NCBI GenBank assembly: GCA_030390025.1 | Contig: CM059431.1 | Span: 106,828,001-106,892,000, forward strand | Origin: Squalus acanthias | Lineage: Eukaryota | DNA: 64,000 bases | Reading direction: 5' to 3' | Shown here: piece after piece, positions 1 through 11,450 of the stretch | Layout of the letters: every line of letters starts with the position of its first letter | How positions within the stretch are numbered: the stretch's first letter is position 1 | Notes under the pieces: model-generated | Database searches by the model: none | Told to the model about the DNA's origin: nothing | The model's input: only the letters and a program-made list of their open reading frames with translations | Translations under genes and position numbers: made by a program

Positions 1-530
1 AAGGCATTGTCTGGATCTCGAGAGGCTTTTACTCTGTGTGATTTGACACTCAGACTGGTAGGAATATGTTAATTAAATTCTGTTCAAATTCACGAACAAC
101 ACGGAACCCTCAAAAAATGATCTTCAGAGTTTTGAATGTGATTAATGAAATAACTTCTGGCAAAGTGTGAAATGCAACCGATTGAAACCTTTGGTGTCCT
201 TAGATACCATATTACGGAGTTAAATAATACATTAGGGTTAAGGTGTATAACAGCCTCTTTACCTACAACAGCTTTACAATGACGGAAATAAAAAAGAAAA
301 TTACCTTCCCACAAAAATGATAGATTTTGTTGCGTCACAGCTGGCAACATTACATACTTTAGTTGTGGAGAGTTCCTTCTTCTCTTCATGTGTACTATTG
401 TCTTTTAAGATGTCGACCTTAACTCACGTGTGCCCTGAAGAAGGAGGCACTGACAGATTATTGTAACATTAGGACTGAGGGCAGATTGTAGGCAACATTT
501 ACTTCCTCCTTAGTCTGTCCAAGGTACTAG

Positions 531-670
531 AACATAGGAACATAGGCCACAGGAACAGGCCATTCACCCCCTCAAACCTGCTCCGCCATTCAATTAGATC
601 ATGGCTGATCTGCACCTCAACTCCATTTACCTGCCTTAGCTCCATATCCCTTGATACCCTTACCCAATAA
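531..670 (-). mobile_element. CR1-type LINE 3' tail fragment
   Basis: Starts with the aacataggaacatagg tail motif and resembles the CR1 3' ends at 46090-46250 and 46596-46730. Confidence 0.65.
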
Positions 671-834
671 AATTACACCTCTGTCAATCATGCCTGTTAA
701 TAACACATCTTGTTCGATGTTCTGCATAGATAATTGAGGAATCATTTTTTTTTGTAGTATTGTTTGCGTTTATTCTCTGTGGCAATATATTGGCGATTCT
801 TTGTATGTTTGGGCTAGTGACTCTTGTTTTTCAG

Positions 835-891
835 GTGATTTGGTCTCAGAGAGGACTTACTTGGGCAATTTCTTCTACAGCTGAAGACTAT
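835..891 (+). CDS. Candidate internal exon (57 nt, phase 0-0) of an unidentified host gene: VIWSQRGLTWAISSTAEDY
   Basis: Acceptor ctcttgtttttcag, donor gtgagt; only one of three frames is open; non-repeat sequence; phase fits the next candidate exon. Confidence 0.6.
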
Positions 892-1148
892 GTGAGTGCT
901 AGTATGCAAGCAATTGCCATCCTCGCTGAGGCAAGATCCATTTCCCCGTCTCTCTTGCAACTCCATTGTTTTGCGTGTCCAAAATTAAGGCCTGTTGTAC
1001 AGATGCTATGGCTTCCTCTAATTGCCCCCAAACCTCCAACTCTTGATGGGAGCTCATGATACAAATTAAATTGAAAAGTTTAGTGTGGAAAGTGCCTGAT
1101 AGCCTCCATCACGAGTGGGGCCTTGCATGCAGTGAGTGGCTTACAGTA

Positions 1149-2325
1149 GTGTCAGCTGTGGCTCAGTTGGTAGCACTTTTGCCTTTCAGTCAGCAGGTTG
1201 TGGGTTCAGGTCCCACTCCAGGAACTTGAGCACAGAATCAAGGCTGACACTTCGGGGGCGATTTTTCCCAGCCCTGGGGAGGCAGGTTTGGAGACGGGAC
1301 AGCCGGTAAAATAGCAGAATCTGGGAGCGGGTACACAACCCGCCTCCGTGCCATCTTCCCAGGTAGTTAACAGGCTGTTTTTTGGCTAATCCTTATTTTG
1401 AGCCCTAAAGTGTGGGCTTCTTGACGGCTCCGAACCTCGCCAGGGTCAGCGAGGTGAGCCGTGGGTCTGCGGAGGTCGGAGGGGCCGAAATGTCTGGTGC
1501 GCAGGTGAGTGATGAGTGCAAGTGTGGGAGGTAAGTGTGTGAGGTGAGTCTAAAGTGTTTTAATAAGATTACTTACCTTTGCTTCTTCCTCCCGGCTTCA
1601 TCCCTTTAGGCTGCGGAGCTGCCTCATCTCACTGGCAGAGAAAGCAGAATGGCCGCTGCATTCTTAAATGCAGCAGCCTTCTGCTTTCTGCTCAGGAAAG
1701 CTTTCTAAATGAGCCTGTGTCCAAGGTCTCAACTTAGAAGACAGATTGTCAGTGTTTGACAGCTTCACAGAGCTGTCAAACGATGACAATTCATCTGTCA
1801 AAAAATCTTGACAGATGAAACATCATACGCTGACGTCATCTGTCAACAGCTTTCCCTTAATTGGCCGACTAAGCCTGCTGGGCGGGCTTAACAAGGCCAA
1901 TCAAGGGAAAATAGCATGAGTTGGCCAGACATCGATGGAGGTGGGACTAAAACCCGACAAGCAGCTTTCCTGGCTCCATCACGTCTCCATTGATAAAATC
2001 ACCCCCTTCAGTGCAGTGCTATCTTTTGGATGAGATGTTAAGTTGAGGCCCCGTCTGTCCTCTCAGGTGGATGTAAGAGATCCCATGGCACTATTTTGAA
2101 GAAGAGCAGGGGAGTTCACCCCTGTGTCCTGGCCAATATTTATCCCTCAACCTAATCATCACAAAAACAGATTATTTGGTCATTATCTCATTGCTGTTTG
2201 TGGGAGCTTGCTGTGCGCACATTGGCTGCTGAATTTCCTACATTATAATAGTGACTACACTTCAAAAATAATTTATTGGCGGAGGTCATGAAAGACGCTA
2301 TATAAATGCAAGTTCTTTATTTTAT
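1149..2325 (+). mobile_element. tRNA-headed DeuSINE (SacSINE1/AmnSINE1-like), split by a MITE at 1254-2006
   Basis: tRNA-like head gtggctcagttggtagc...gggttcaggtccc; Deu-domain-like ctctcaggtggatgtaagagatcccatggcac; L2-like tail gctatataaatgcaag; matches copies at 28120 and 54260. Confidence 0.8.
1254..2006. mobile_element. Non-autonomous TIR element, PIF/Harbinger-like
   Basis: TIR gggggcgatttt / aaaatcaccccc; 3-bp target duplication TTC (1251-1253, 2007-2009); interrupts a SINE cleanly. Confidence 0.8.
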
Positions 2326-2507
2326 TGTTTGATAAGGGTAAGTGAAATGCAAGTTATTTCTTTCAGTAATCAAAAAATCAGTGTTATCAGGTGGATTAGG
2401 TTTTTTTATTTGAGTGTAGGCCTATCTATCTCATACATTATAGTGGCTTTGAGAATCATTGATACCACTAGACCCATAAAAAACAGTAACTCCAACTGCC
2501 CAGACCA

Positions 2508-2754
2508 AAGGAAAAACTTTTTTATGCAGCGAGTGGTTAGGATCTGGAATGCACTGCCTGATAGGGTGCTGGATGCAGATTCAATCATGGCTTTCAAAAG
2601 GGAATTGGATAAAGTACCAGAAGGAAAAAAATTTGCAGGGCTACGGGGAAAGTGCGGGGGAGTGGGACTAGCTGAAGTGCTCTTGCAGAGAGCTGGCACG
2701 GGCTCGACGGGCTGAATGGCCTCAATCTGTGCTGTAGCCATTTTATGATTCTAT
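2508..2754 (+). mobile_element. CR1 LINE 3' fragment
   Basis: Encodes RKNFFMQRVVRIWNALP...FKRELD, the CR1 ORF2 C-terminal motif, followed by an attctat-like tail. Confidence 0.85.
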
Positions 2755-3864
2755 CATTTGGATCTCAAATGATTTGAAACCAAATAGAGCCACTTGGCCA
2801 AGCCACTCCAAAGTCTTATTCTCTCAACCAACTCTTCTATATATTTAATAACATAAACAGACCTACTGGGAAAACAGCTTTGTGTCAAGATTTCATCTGA
2901 TATAGTGCAATGGATATATGTTCATCCCCGAGAATGATTTTAGATAGATTGTAACAATAACCTTTGAGTGAATCATTAAACAAAGATGTTTGGAAGATTT
3001 GCAAAAATCCTAGTCTGTCTTGTATATACACTGCATGTAACAATTTTCACACAATTGAAAACAAGGCAGAAACCTTGACTCATTTTGAGGTTTATGTCTG
3101 AATTGAAGACACACCATGAGTCACATTTCAGTAGGAAATGACTGAGGGATGTAGATAACTGATATAAAATGTTGGTGTACCAGAGCTATAAACAATCTCC
3201 ATCTCTATCTGGAGTACATGTGCAATCAGTGATGTTATCATAGATAAAAAAAAAGTTTGTGGAATATTATGCAAAAAATCTGTTTCTCAGCAAAATGAGT
3301 GAAATCTATCCTTTACCATAGCTGGTTCTTGTCACATTACAACGTCACCACTGAATGCTATGCTTCAATCACGATTATGCTTGAATCAGGATTTCTCTAA
3401 ACTGCTGGTAAAACACGGCCAATGGAAAAGTCTTTGTAGTGTAGCCAAATTTAATCATCCATTCAGCAATTCAATCTGAACAAATACAGGAAACACTGAA
3501 ATAAAAAATAGTTACACAGAGGTGGCCTAATGTCTAAATGTTCTGTGATCTCTGAATGACATTTGAGAGTAAATTCATTACATTTAACATACTGGATATG
3601 GAAAAATAATTAGTCAGGTAGTATTAGATTCTTGAATCAGCTTTGGATATGCTTGGATCAGGAATACCCCTCTTCCTGTGTTTTCTCCCTTTTTTTCCTC
3701 CAGTTCTTTCCCTCCTTCCTCTGAAGGGGGTGGACTTTTGCTGGGGTGCAGTTCCATAGAGGCCAAGTACTTTCCACATTGCTTAGATAGTCTTCAGGAA
3801 GAGCAATCCTGTCTCTTCTACTCCCTGATCTAGGACACTGAGAACAATGGTAGTACCTGCTACT

Positions 3865-4499
3865 TCTTCTTTTTCTTAGGCAGTCCCTCGGAACCGAGGA
3901 TGACTTGCTTCCACACTAAAAATGAGTTCTCAGGTGACTGATGAGTCCAATGCGGGATCTACAGTCTCTGTCACAGGTGGGGCAGACAGGTCGTTGAAGG
4001 GGCGGGTGGGTGGGGTGCTTGGGTTGACGTGCGCTCCTTCCGCTGTTTGCGCTTGGCTTCCGCTTGTTCCCGGCGAAGAGACTCGAGGTGTTCGGCGCCT
4101 TCCCGGATGCTTCTCCTCCACTTTGTGCGGTCTTGGGCCAGGGATTCCCATTTGTCGGTGGGGATGTTGCACTTTTTCAAGGAGGCTTTGAGGGTGTCCT
4201 TGAAGCATTTCCTCTTCCCACCTGGGGCTCTCTTGCCGTGTCGGAGCTCCGAGTAGAGCGCTTGTTTTGGGAGTCTCGTATCGGGCATGCGAACGATGTG
4301 GCCCGTCCATCGGAGCTGATCGAGCGTGGTCAAAGCTTCGATGCTGGGGATGTTGGCCTGAGTGAGAACACTGACGTTGGTACGCCTATCCTGCCAATGG
4401 ATTTGCAGGATCTTGCGGAGGCAGCGTTGGTGGTACCTCTCCAGTGCTTTGAGGTGCCTGCTGTACATGGTCCATGTCTCTGAAGCGTATGCTTCAGAG
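3865..4499 (-). mobile_element. 5'-truncated RTE-clade LINE
   Basis: ORF 3971-4468 has RTE C-terminal motifs (HQRCLRKIL, LRWTGHIVRMPDTRLPKQ, WESLAQDR); short gaa-type tail; duplication ACCTGCTACT at 3855-3864 and 4500-4509. Confidence 0.9.
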
Positions 4500-4985
4500 A
4501 CCTGCTACTGCCACCCTATTCGAAATCAGCTATCTCAGGATAGAGCAGGAATTGAACTTAAGACCATCCTGGTCTGTGTAGATCAGTGCTACATGACAGA
4601 CGGGAAGATGGTGTGGGGTTGGGGGTGGGGGGGGGTGGGAACACTAACTCACAGAACTGTCAGTAGACTAATTCTCCCTTTTTCTCTCCTCTTCGAATGA
4701 TAATGAAGTATGCTGGACCAACCCTTTTACATCTGGACCAACGGACTCTTCTTCTTGAATAATTGAGGGCAAGTGAATGCTGGCAAGTTTTTGGACTATG
4801 TCAAGAATTCTGTATTATAATAATGTAAAATTGCATTTATCTAGAATTTTGAAACATCTCAAATGTGCATCATGCAATGAATTCCTTTTGAAGTATAATG
4901 ATTGCTGTTTTGCAGGCAATAAGACTAAGTGAGAAGTGCTTTGGTAGATTTGATTCTTTACTTGAGTTCAGGCATCTGTTTCCAG

Positions 4986-5023
4986 AATGTTTCACAACTA
5001 ACTATTTGGGATTTCTTTAACAG
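4986..5023 (+). CDS. Candidate internal exon (38 nt, phase 0-2): NVSQLTIWDFFN plus AG
   Basis: Acceptor tctgtttccag, donor CAG|gtgagt; open in the frame continuing 835-891; end phase matches the exon at 47490. Confidence 0.55.
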
Positions 5024-5028
5024 GTGAG

Positions 5029-5186
5029 TCCAAAGATGTGCGGGTTAGGTTGATTTGGCTATGATAAATTGACCCTTAGTGTTAGGGGGATTAAATATGT
5101 GGGGTTACGGGGATAGGGTGGGATATGTGTCGGTGCAGGCTCGATGGGCCGAAATGGCCTCTATCTGCACTGTGGGGATTCTGTGT
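5029..5186 (+). mobile_element. 3' part of an HE1-like V-SINE with CR1-derived tail
   Basis: ccaaagatgtgcgggttagg...gatgggccgaaatggcct...gattctgtg; flanked by GTGAG (5024-5028, 5187-5191); near-identical to 32660-32824. Confidence 0.75.
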
Positions 5187-5820
5187 GTGAGGTTTACCAC
5201 ACAGTTTGTGTTGAGACAAAGCCAAAACCACTTTGCATTGATGCAAACTGTCTGGTGTGAAATTAGTGCCAGATTACCTGAAGTGTTCACTTGTTTCGTT
5301 TCATAGCAGTCTTGCCTATTGGTCAGAAGGTTGTGGGTTGAAATCTCACTACAGCTCTACAGATGCGAAAGTCCATTTGGTCCATCTTAATTAATTCACC
5401 AGAAATAACCACAGTTGCTGTATCTAATTGTTAAATGGTTCTAAGGTTTTTGCCTCCGCTGCTCTCTCTGGACTTCTACTCCTTGCATTGACTACTCTTT
5501 GTGTGAACAAGAACTTCTTGATATCGTACCTAAATTTCCCTTTTATTAGCTTGAACCTGTTTCTCCTCGTCCTACTCTCAAACCTTAACTTGAAAAATTA
5601 TTTCCAGATTTACCTTTCCCATCTCCATAACTACCTTCCACACATTAATAATGTCACCTCTCAGGCGCCTCCTTTTTCTGGCTGAAGAGCCTAAGAATCT
5701 CTCGGTGTTCCTCAGAGTTCAGACTCCTGATACTAAGGATCAGCCTCTTGGATCTTCTTTGCATTGCCTCCAATGCTTGAATGTCTCCCTTGTTTCTTGG
5801 TGACCAGAACTGGATATAAT

Positions 5821-6502
5821 GACCTGGATTTTGCGGTCAGCGGCAAAGCAACAGCGCTCGCCATTCACCTCGCTGACAGCTGCCCACAAAGATTTGATGG
5901 GATTTAGAGTGGAGGTTTCATGTCATCGGGTCACTGTTCCCGCACTGCGCCCTCTACAGGGGATGTGTGGCGTCTGTAAGCAGGGAAAGAACAGCGAGGC
6001 TCTTGAACCAATCAAATTGAAGAATCCTCACTGCGCCAGCAGAGTCCAAACCAGGAGTATAAAGCAGGAAATATAAATCAGATTTAAATGATGTACGGAA
6101 AGTGAAATAAAGATCGAGAAATACAGATGGGGTTAAGGGAGACAGAAAGAAAAAGTTTTTAAAAATTTCAATTTTTTAAAATCTCCAACACTAATTTTCT
6201 TCTGAGGGAAAGAGACTCCACACTTGTAAAATTATTTTTTCAGGGCCAGAGAGGTTGTTCAGCAGAAATTATCACTTATCGCGCTGTTAAAATCTCATTT
6301 ACTCCTGAATGTACCAGCCCTAACTTTTTTCAGCCATCTTTAGTGTGGAACTACTGGGCAAGTACAGCAAGTTCACGCTGTTGCAGTCATTTCAGTGCTG
6401 AGTCTATCGGTGAGGACTGCAACAGCGCTGTCAGATTTACCCCATAATAACGGTGAGCGCTGATAGCCTCACCATTATTATAATTACAGCAAAATCCAGG
6501 CC
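5821..6502. mobile_element. PIF/Harbinger-like MITE
   Basis: TIR gacctggattttgc / gcaaaatccaggcc; AAT duplication on both sides. Confidence 0.75.
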
Positions 6503-7235
6503 AATAGTTTAAGATTATGAATGGGTTTGACAGGGTAGATGTGGAGAAGATGTTGACTGCAATGGAACTATATATCAGGTGCTGCGTATAGCAGGCGGCC
6601 GATCCGATACCGATGAGTGATGTTGAATCATAAAAAGAATTCTGGAACAAAAGTGCGCTGCACTAAATGAGACATGTATCTTCCTTCAAAATGCTTTCTT
6701 CATACTGAGATGCATTGAGTACTAAATCACCTAACCAGTCTTCCCGTTAACAAATGTACTGTGCCTACTTACAAGAACATAAGCAGTCAAACACACACAG
6801 AGCGAACAAATGGCAAAGCTAGGTCTATATAAAGGCCTGCATGCAGGGGATGCTTTTTAGATTGATCATAAACAATTAACACTAGCAGAAGTGCAGTTCT
6901 AACATAAGCTGTTATTTGTCTTTTTGCTGTCTGGCAAAGTGAGAAACAATTTCTACTTATGCTCTGATTAAGTATAGAATCAAAGAATATTACAACATGT
7001 TGCAACTCAATATGAGCCAGGCTAATTTATATCATTTCATTGCTTCCCAGAATGTAAGAAAAAAGAGTGGATTTTCTTACTGGGGAAGACTAGGACCAGG
7101 GGAATTATTTCAAGATGAACTTCGATAGCAGTTTTTAATATCTTGCAATTGCATTTGATTCTACATTTAGCATCAGTGGGAAAAAAATAATTTAATTGTT
7201 TGTGTTAGAATTGTAACATACGATAATTTCTGTAT

Positions 7236-7610
7236 GTGTTCAAATCCCTCCGTAGCCTCGCCCCCCTCCCTATCTCTGTAACCTCCTCCAGCCCCACAAC
7301 CCTCCGATATCTCTGCGTTCCTCCAGTTCTGGCCTCTGGTGCATCTCTGATCTCCTTCGCCCCACCATTGGTGGCCGTGCCTTAAGCTGTCTAGGATTTA
7401 AGCTCTGGAATTTCTTCCCTGAACCACTCCACTTTTCTACCTCTTTCTCCTCCTTTAAGACGCTCCTTAAAAACCTACCTCTTTGACCAAGTCTGTCCTA
7501 ATATCTCCTTATGCGGCTCGATGTCAAATTTTATCTGTTAGCACTCCGGTGAAGTGGCTTGGGACGTTTTACTATGTTAAAGATGCTATATAAATGCAAG
7601 TTGTTGTTGT
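7236..7610 (+). mobile_element. L2-type LINE 3' fragment
   Basis: Similar to copies at 13386, 38919 and 44950; ends gctatataaatgcaagttgttgttg. Confidence 0.8.
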
Positions 7611-8924
7611 ATGCTATTAAAAAAAAGCTAAACACATCATAATTCATTGCTCAAATGTATATATCGGTGCCTCTGTATCAACTTAATCAGGCAGCCTTTA
7701 AAATTTTGATGAGCTCACTTCGATGGGTTGGATTTTCATCTCAATTTAATACAAATAAGAATCCAGTTTTCTAATTAATCTGAATAAGAGGCTCCCAGCT
7801 GGCCAGCTTAGTTGCCGCATTTCTTCAACGTTATCCTGATCTGTTTCATGTTTAACAATGTCTAGTTGGATAACTATGAACATATTTATTTACTGTCTTA
7901 AGTAATTTCCAGAGATTTTTATGTTACTCCATTTCTTGGATAGTCAATCTGACTTCAGCAAAATAATTCAGTGCATTTGAATAGACGTATTGGGCCGGGT
8001 TTTCCTGGATTGCACTCACGCAGACATTACACCGAAAATCGAGGAAATTCGCACGCGACGTAAATCAGTAATGAGAAAACTTCCTTGAAAAGTAATGGCG
8101 CAAATCCACTCTTGCACTTTTCAGAAAATTCTGGGCCACCAGTTTTGTTTCCAAGGAAGGGTATGGATGGAGGGATAAAATCCTCTTAATACTAATCTAT
8201 AGAAAAATAAAATATTATCTTCTTTCCCTTTTTCACCCAGAAGCGACAAAATTAAATTGCTGACTTCAAATAATTTCCACTTTTTAATCCCATTGAGTTT
8301 CCTCTTCCTTTCTAAGAAATACACAGTGTAAGGCGATATTCTTTGTTTGAGGTTTATTCACTATTGCTCTGCTGCATCAGAGCAGCAATCAATTGGAAAC
8401 AGTATGATGCAATCCTACGAGGGACACCTTACCCAAAGCCCATGCTGAGAACAAACAAAAATGCTCCACATGTATATATTTGTACATGGGTTGTAATCAG
8501 AAACAGAAAATTTAATTACCAACTAGTCAGGGGGAAAATTACTTTCCTGCTTTGGAAAGGTTGAGACACCAGTTTGCAAGTAACATCAGTCTGTTTATTC
8601 CTCCCTCTCCAACCCTTCATTGTTTATTTCATTCTTCCCTTTTTGTATATTAAGTGACATAACAAGAGGGTGCAGCCAAATCATCTGTCACCAAGGACGA
8701 CTGAATTAACCCTGGTGGTTACCAGGAGCAGATACAGTCTTGCAGAAATTTCCTGCTGCTCTTGTTCCCCTGTGACCTGTCCATACCCGACTTGACTGGA
8801 TTTCCATCTGTTCCAAGTGTGGATCTGATTCCATTTTTGGATGACTGCTCTTGTGGTTAAAATTCATATAATACATTCCCCAGTCTCCATCTCTCCCCCA
8901 ATCCCCCAATCCCCAGTCTCCATC

Positions 8925-10576
8925 ATAAAATAAAAACAGAAAATGCTGGAGATACTCAGCAGGTCAGGAAGCATCTGTGAAGAGAGAAACAGAGTTAATG
9001 TTTCAGGTCGATGACCTTTCATCAGAACTGGAAAAAAGCAGGTTATTGGAACAGATTTTTAAGCAAGGGTAGGGACTGGGAAAGGGGGGAGGGGATGAAA
9101 GAACAAAAGGGAAGGTCTGTGATAGGATAGAAGGCAGGAGAGGTTAAGAGGCATTAAGAGATATTCAAGGCAAAAGGTGATGGTAATGGGACAGGTTAAG
9201 AAACAAAGGATGGCTCTAGATGAAGTGTAAATTGCGCTGGCAGAATGAAAGACAGCTGCCCTGTGGGAGAGAAGAAAAGACACAAAGAAAAGGTGTAGAT
9301 AAAAAATATATATAGGATAGGGGCCGAGGTTATGATCTGAAATTGTTGAACTCTATGTTGAGTCCAGAAGGCTGTAAAGTGCCTAATCAAAAGATGAGGT
9401 GCTGTTCCTCGAGCTTACGTTGAGCTTCATTGGAACAGTGTAAGTGGCCGAGGACGGTGACGTCTGAGTGGGAATGGAGTGGAGAATTAAAGTGACAGGC
9501 GACCGGAAGCTCGGGGTCCCCCTTACGGACTGAACGGAGGTGTTCCGCAAAGCGGTCACCCAATCTGCGTTTGGTCTCCCCAATGTAGAGGAGACCACAT
9601 CGTGAGCAGCGAATACAGTATACTAAATTGCAAGAAGTACAAGTAAATCGCTGTTTCACCTGGAAGGGGTGTTTGGGGCCCTGGACAGTGGGAAGGGGGG
9701 AGGTATAAGGGCATGTGTTGCATCTCCTGCGCTTGCACGGGAAGGTGCCGGGCGAAGGGGAAGGGATGTTGGGGGTGATAGAGGAGTGGACCAGGGTGTC
9801 GCAGAGGGAGCGGTCCCTTCAGAAAGCTGAAAGGGGAGGTGAGGGGAAGATGTGTTTGGTGGTGGGATCACGCTGGAGGTGGTGGAAATGGCGGAGGATG
9901 ATCCGTTGAATGTGGAGGCTGGTGGGGTGAAAGGTGAGGACAAGGGGAACTCTATCGTGGTTCCGGGAGGGAGGGGCAGGGGTGAGGGCAGAAGTGCGGG
10001 AGATAGAACGGACACAGTCCAGGGCCGTGTCAACCACAGTAGAGGGGAATCCTCGGTTGAGGAAAAAGGAAGACATGTTGGAAGCACTGGTATGGAAGGT
10101 GGCATCGTCAGAGCAGATGCGGCAGAGACGGAGAAACTGGGAGAATGGAATAGAGTCCTTACAGGAGGCGGGGTGGGAGGAAGTGTAGTCCAGGTAGCTG
10201 TGGGAGTCAGTGGGCTTGTAGTGAATGTTTGTCAATAACCTATCCCCAGAGATGGAGATGGAGAAGTCGAGGAATGGAAGGGAAGAGTCGGAGATGAACC
10301 ATGTGAAGGTGAGGGAAGGGTGGAAATTGGAAGCAAAGTGAATGAAATTATCTAGTTCAGGGCGAGAGCAGGAAACGGCACCGATACAATCATCAATGTA
10401 CTGGAAAAAGAGGTGAGGGAGGGGACCCGAGTAGGACTGGAACAAAGAGTGCTCCACATATCCCATGAAAAGGCAGACATAGCTAGGACCCATGCGGGTT
10501 TCCATAGCAACACCTTTGATTTGGAGGAAGTGAGTGGAGTCAAAGGAGAAGTTGTTCAATGTGAGAACAAGTTCAG
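8925..10576 (-). mobile_element. 5'-truncated Penelope-like retroelement (RT C-terminal half plus GIY-YIG endonuclease), frame-disrupted
   Basis: QIKGVAMETRMGPSY, YIDD and LPFLD RT motifs; NLVYCIRCSRCGLLYIGETKRRLGDRFAEH GIY-YIG motif; 3' end homologous to 42365-42961. Confidence 0.92.
8992..9030 (-). ncRNA. Minimal type I hammerhead ribozyme motif in the Penelope terminal repeat
   Basis: Minus strand reads AGTT-CTGATGA-A-AGGTC-ATC-GACCT-GAAA-CATT-AACT: catalytic boxes CUGAUGA and GAAA with an intact helix II. Confidence 0.65.
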
Positions 10577-11200
10577 CCAGTCTCCATCTCTCCCCCAACC
10601 CTCCATTCCCCAGTCTCCATCTCTCCCCCAACCCCCCAATCCCCAGTCTCCATCTTTCCCCAACCCCCCAATCCCCAGTCTCCACCCCAACCCCCCAATC
10701 CCCAGTCTCCACCCCAACCCCCCAATCCCCAGTCTCCACCCCAACCCCCCAATCCCCAGTCTCCACCCCAACCCCCCAATCCCCAGTCTCCACCCCAACC
10801 CCCCAATCCCCAGTCTCCACCCCAACCCCCCAATCCCCAGTCTCCATCTCTCCCCAAACCCCCAATCCCCAGTCTCCATCTCTCCCCAACCCCCCAATCC
10901 CCAGTCTCCACCCCAACCCCCCAATCCCCAGTCTCCATCTCTCCCAACCCCCCAATCCCCAGTCACCATCTCTCCCCAACCCCCCAATCCCCAGTCTCCA
11001 CCTCAACCCCCCAATCCCCAGTCTCCATCTCTCCCCAACCCCCCAATCCCCAGTCACCATCTCTCCCCCAACCCCCCAATCCCCAGTCTCCATCTCTCCC
11101 CAACCCCCCAATCCCCAGTCACCATCTCTCCCCCAACCCCCCAATCCCCAGTCACCATCACTCGCCCAACCCCCCAATCCCCAGTCACCATCACTCGCCC
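10577..11200. repeat. C-rich/G-rich minisatellite, unit about 24-30 bp (ccccaatccccagtctccatctctccccaacc and variants); about two more units at 8874-8924
   Basis: Directly visible tandem array; source of the low-complexity ORFs in this interval. Confidence 0.97.
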
Positions 11201-11277
11201 GCTCCCCCCCACAGCCACCCCCGATTCCACTTGCAGTTTTTGAGCTGGTGAAGTGCTTCAGATATAATTCCTTGTCC

Positions 11278-11450
11278 ATTTAAGGGGAAGCTAGATAGAC
11301 ACACGAGGGTGAAAGGAATAGAAGAATGTGCTGATTGGGTTAGATGAAGCGGGGTGGGAGGAGGCTCGTGTGGAGCATAAACACTGGTGTGGACGAGTTG
11401 GGCCGAATGGCCTGTTTCTGTGCTGTACATTCAATGTAATTCTATGTAAT
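11278..11450 (+). mobile_element. CR1 LINE 3' tail fragment
   Basis: Matches the 3' end of the CR1 copy at 44430-44602. Confidence 0.75.

Noticed and set aside
10577..11200. CRISPR-like repeat array
   Set aside because: There are no unique spacers; it is a simple tandem minisatellite in eukaryotic DNA
9819..11283. 486-aa ORF and overlapping Pro-rich or Gly/Trp-rich ORFs as a novel RT fusion protein
   Set aside because: The N-terminal part is a translated stop-free minisatellite that happens to join a truncated Penelope RT in frame
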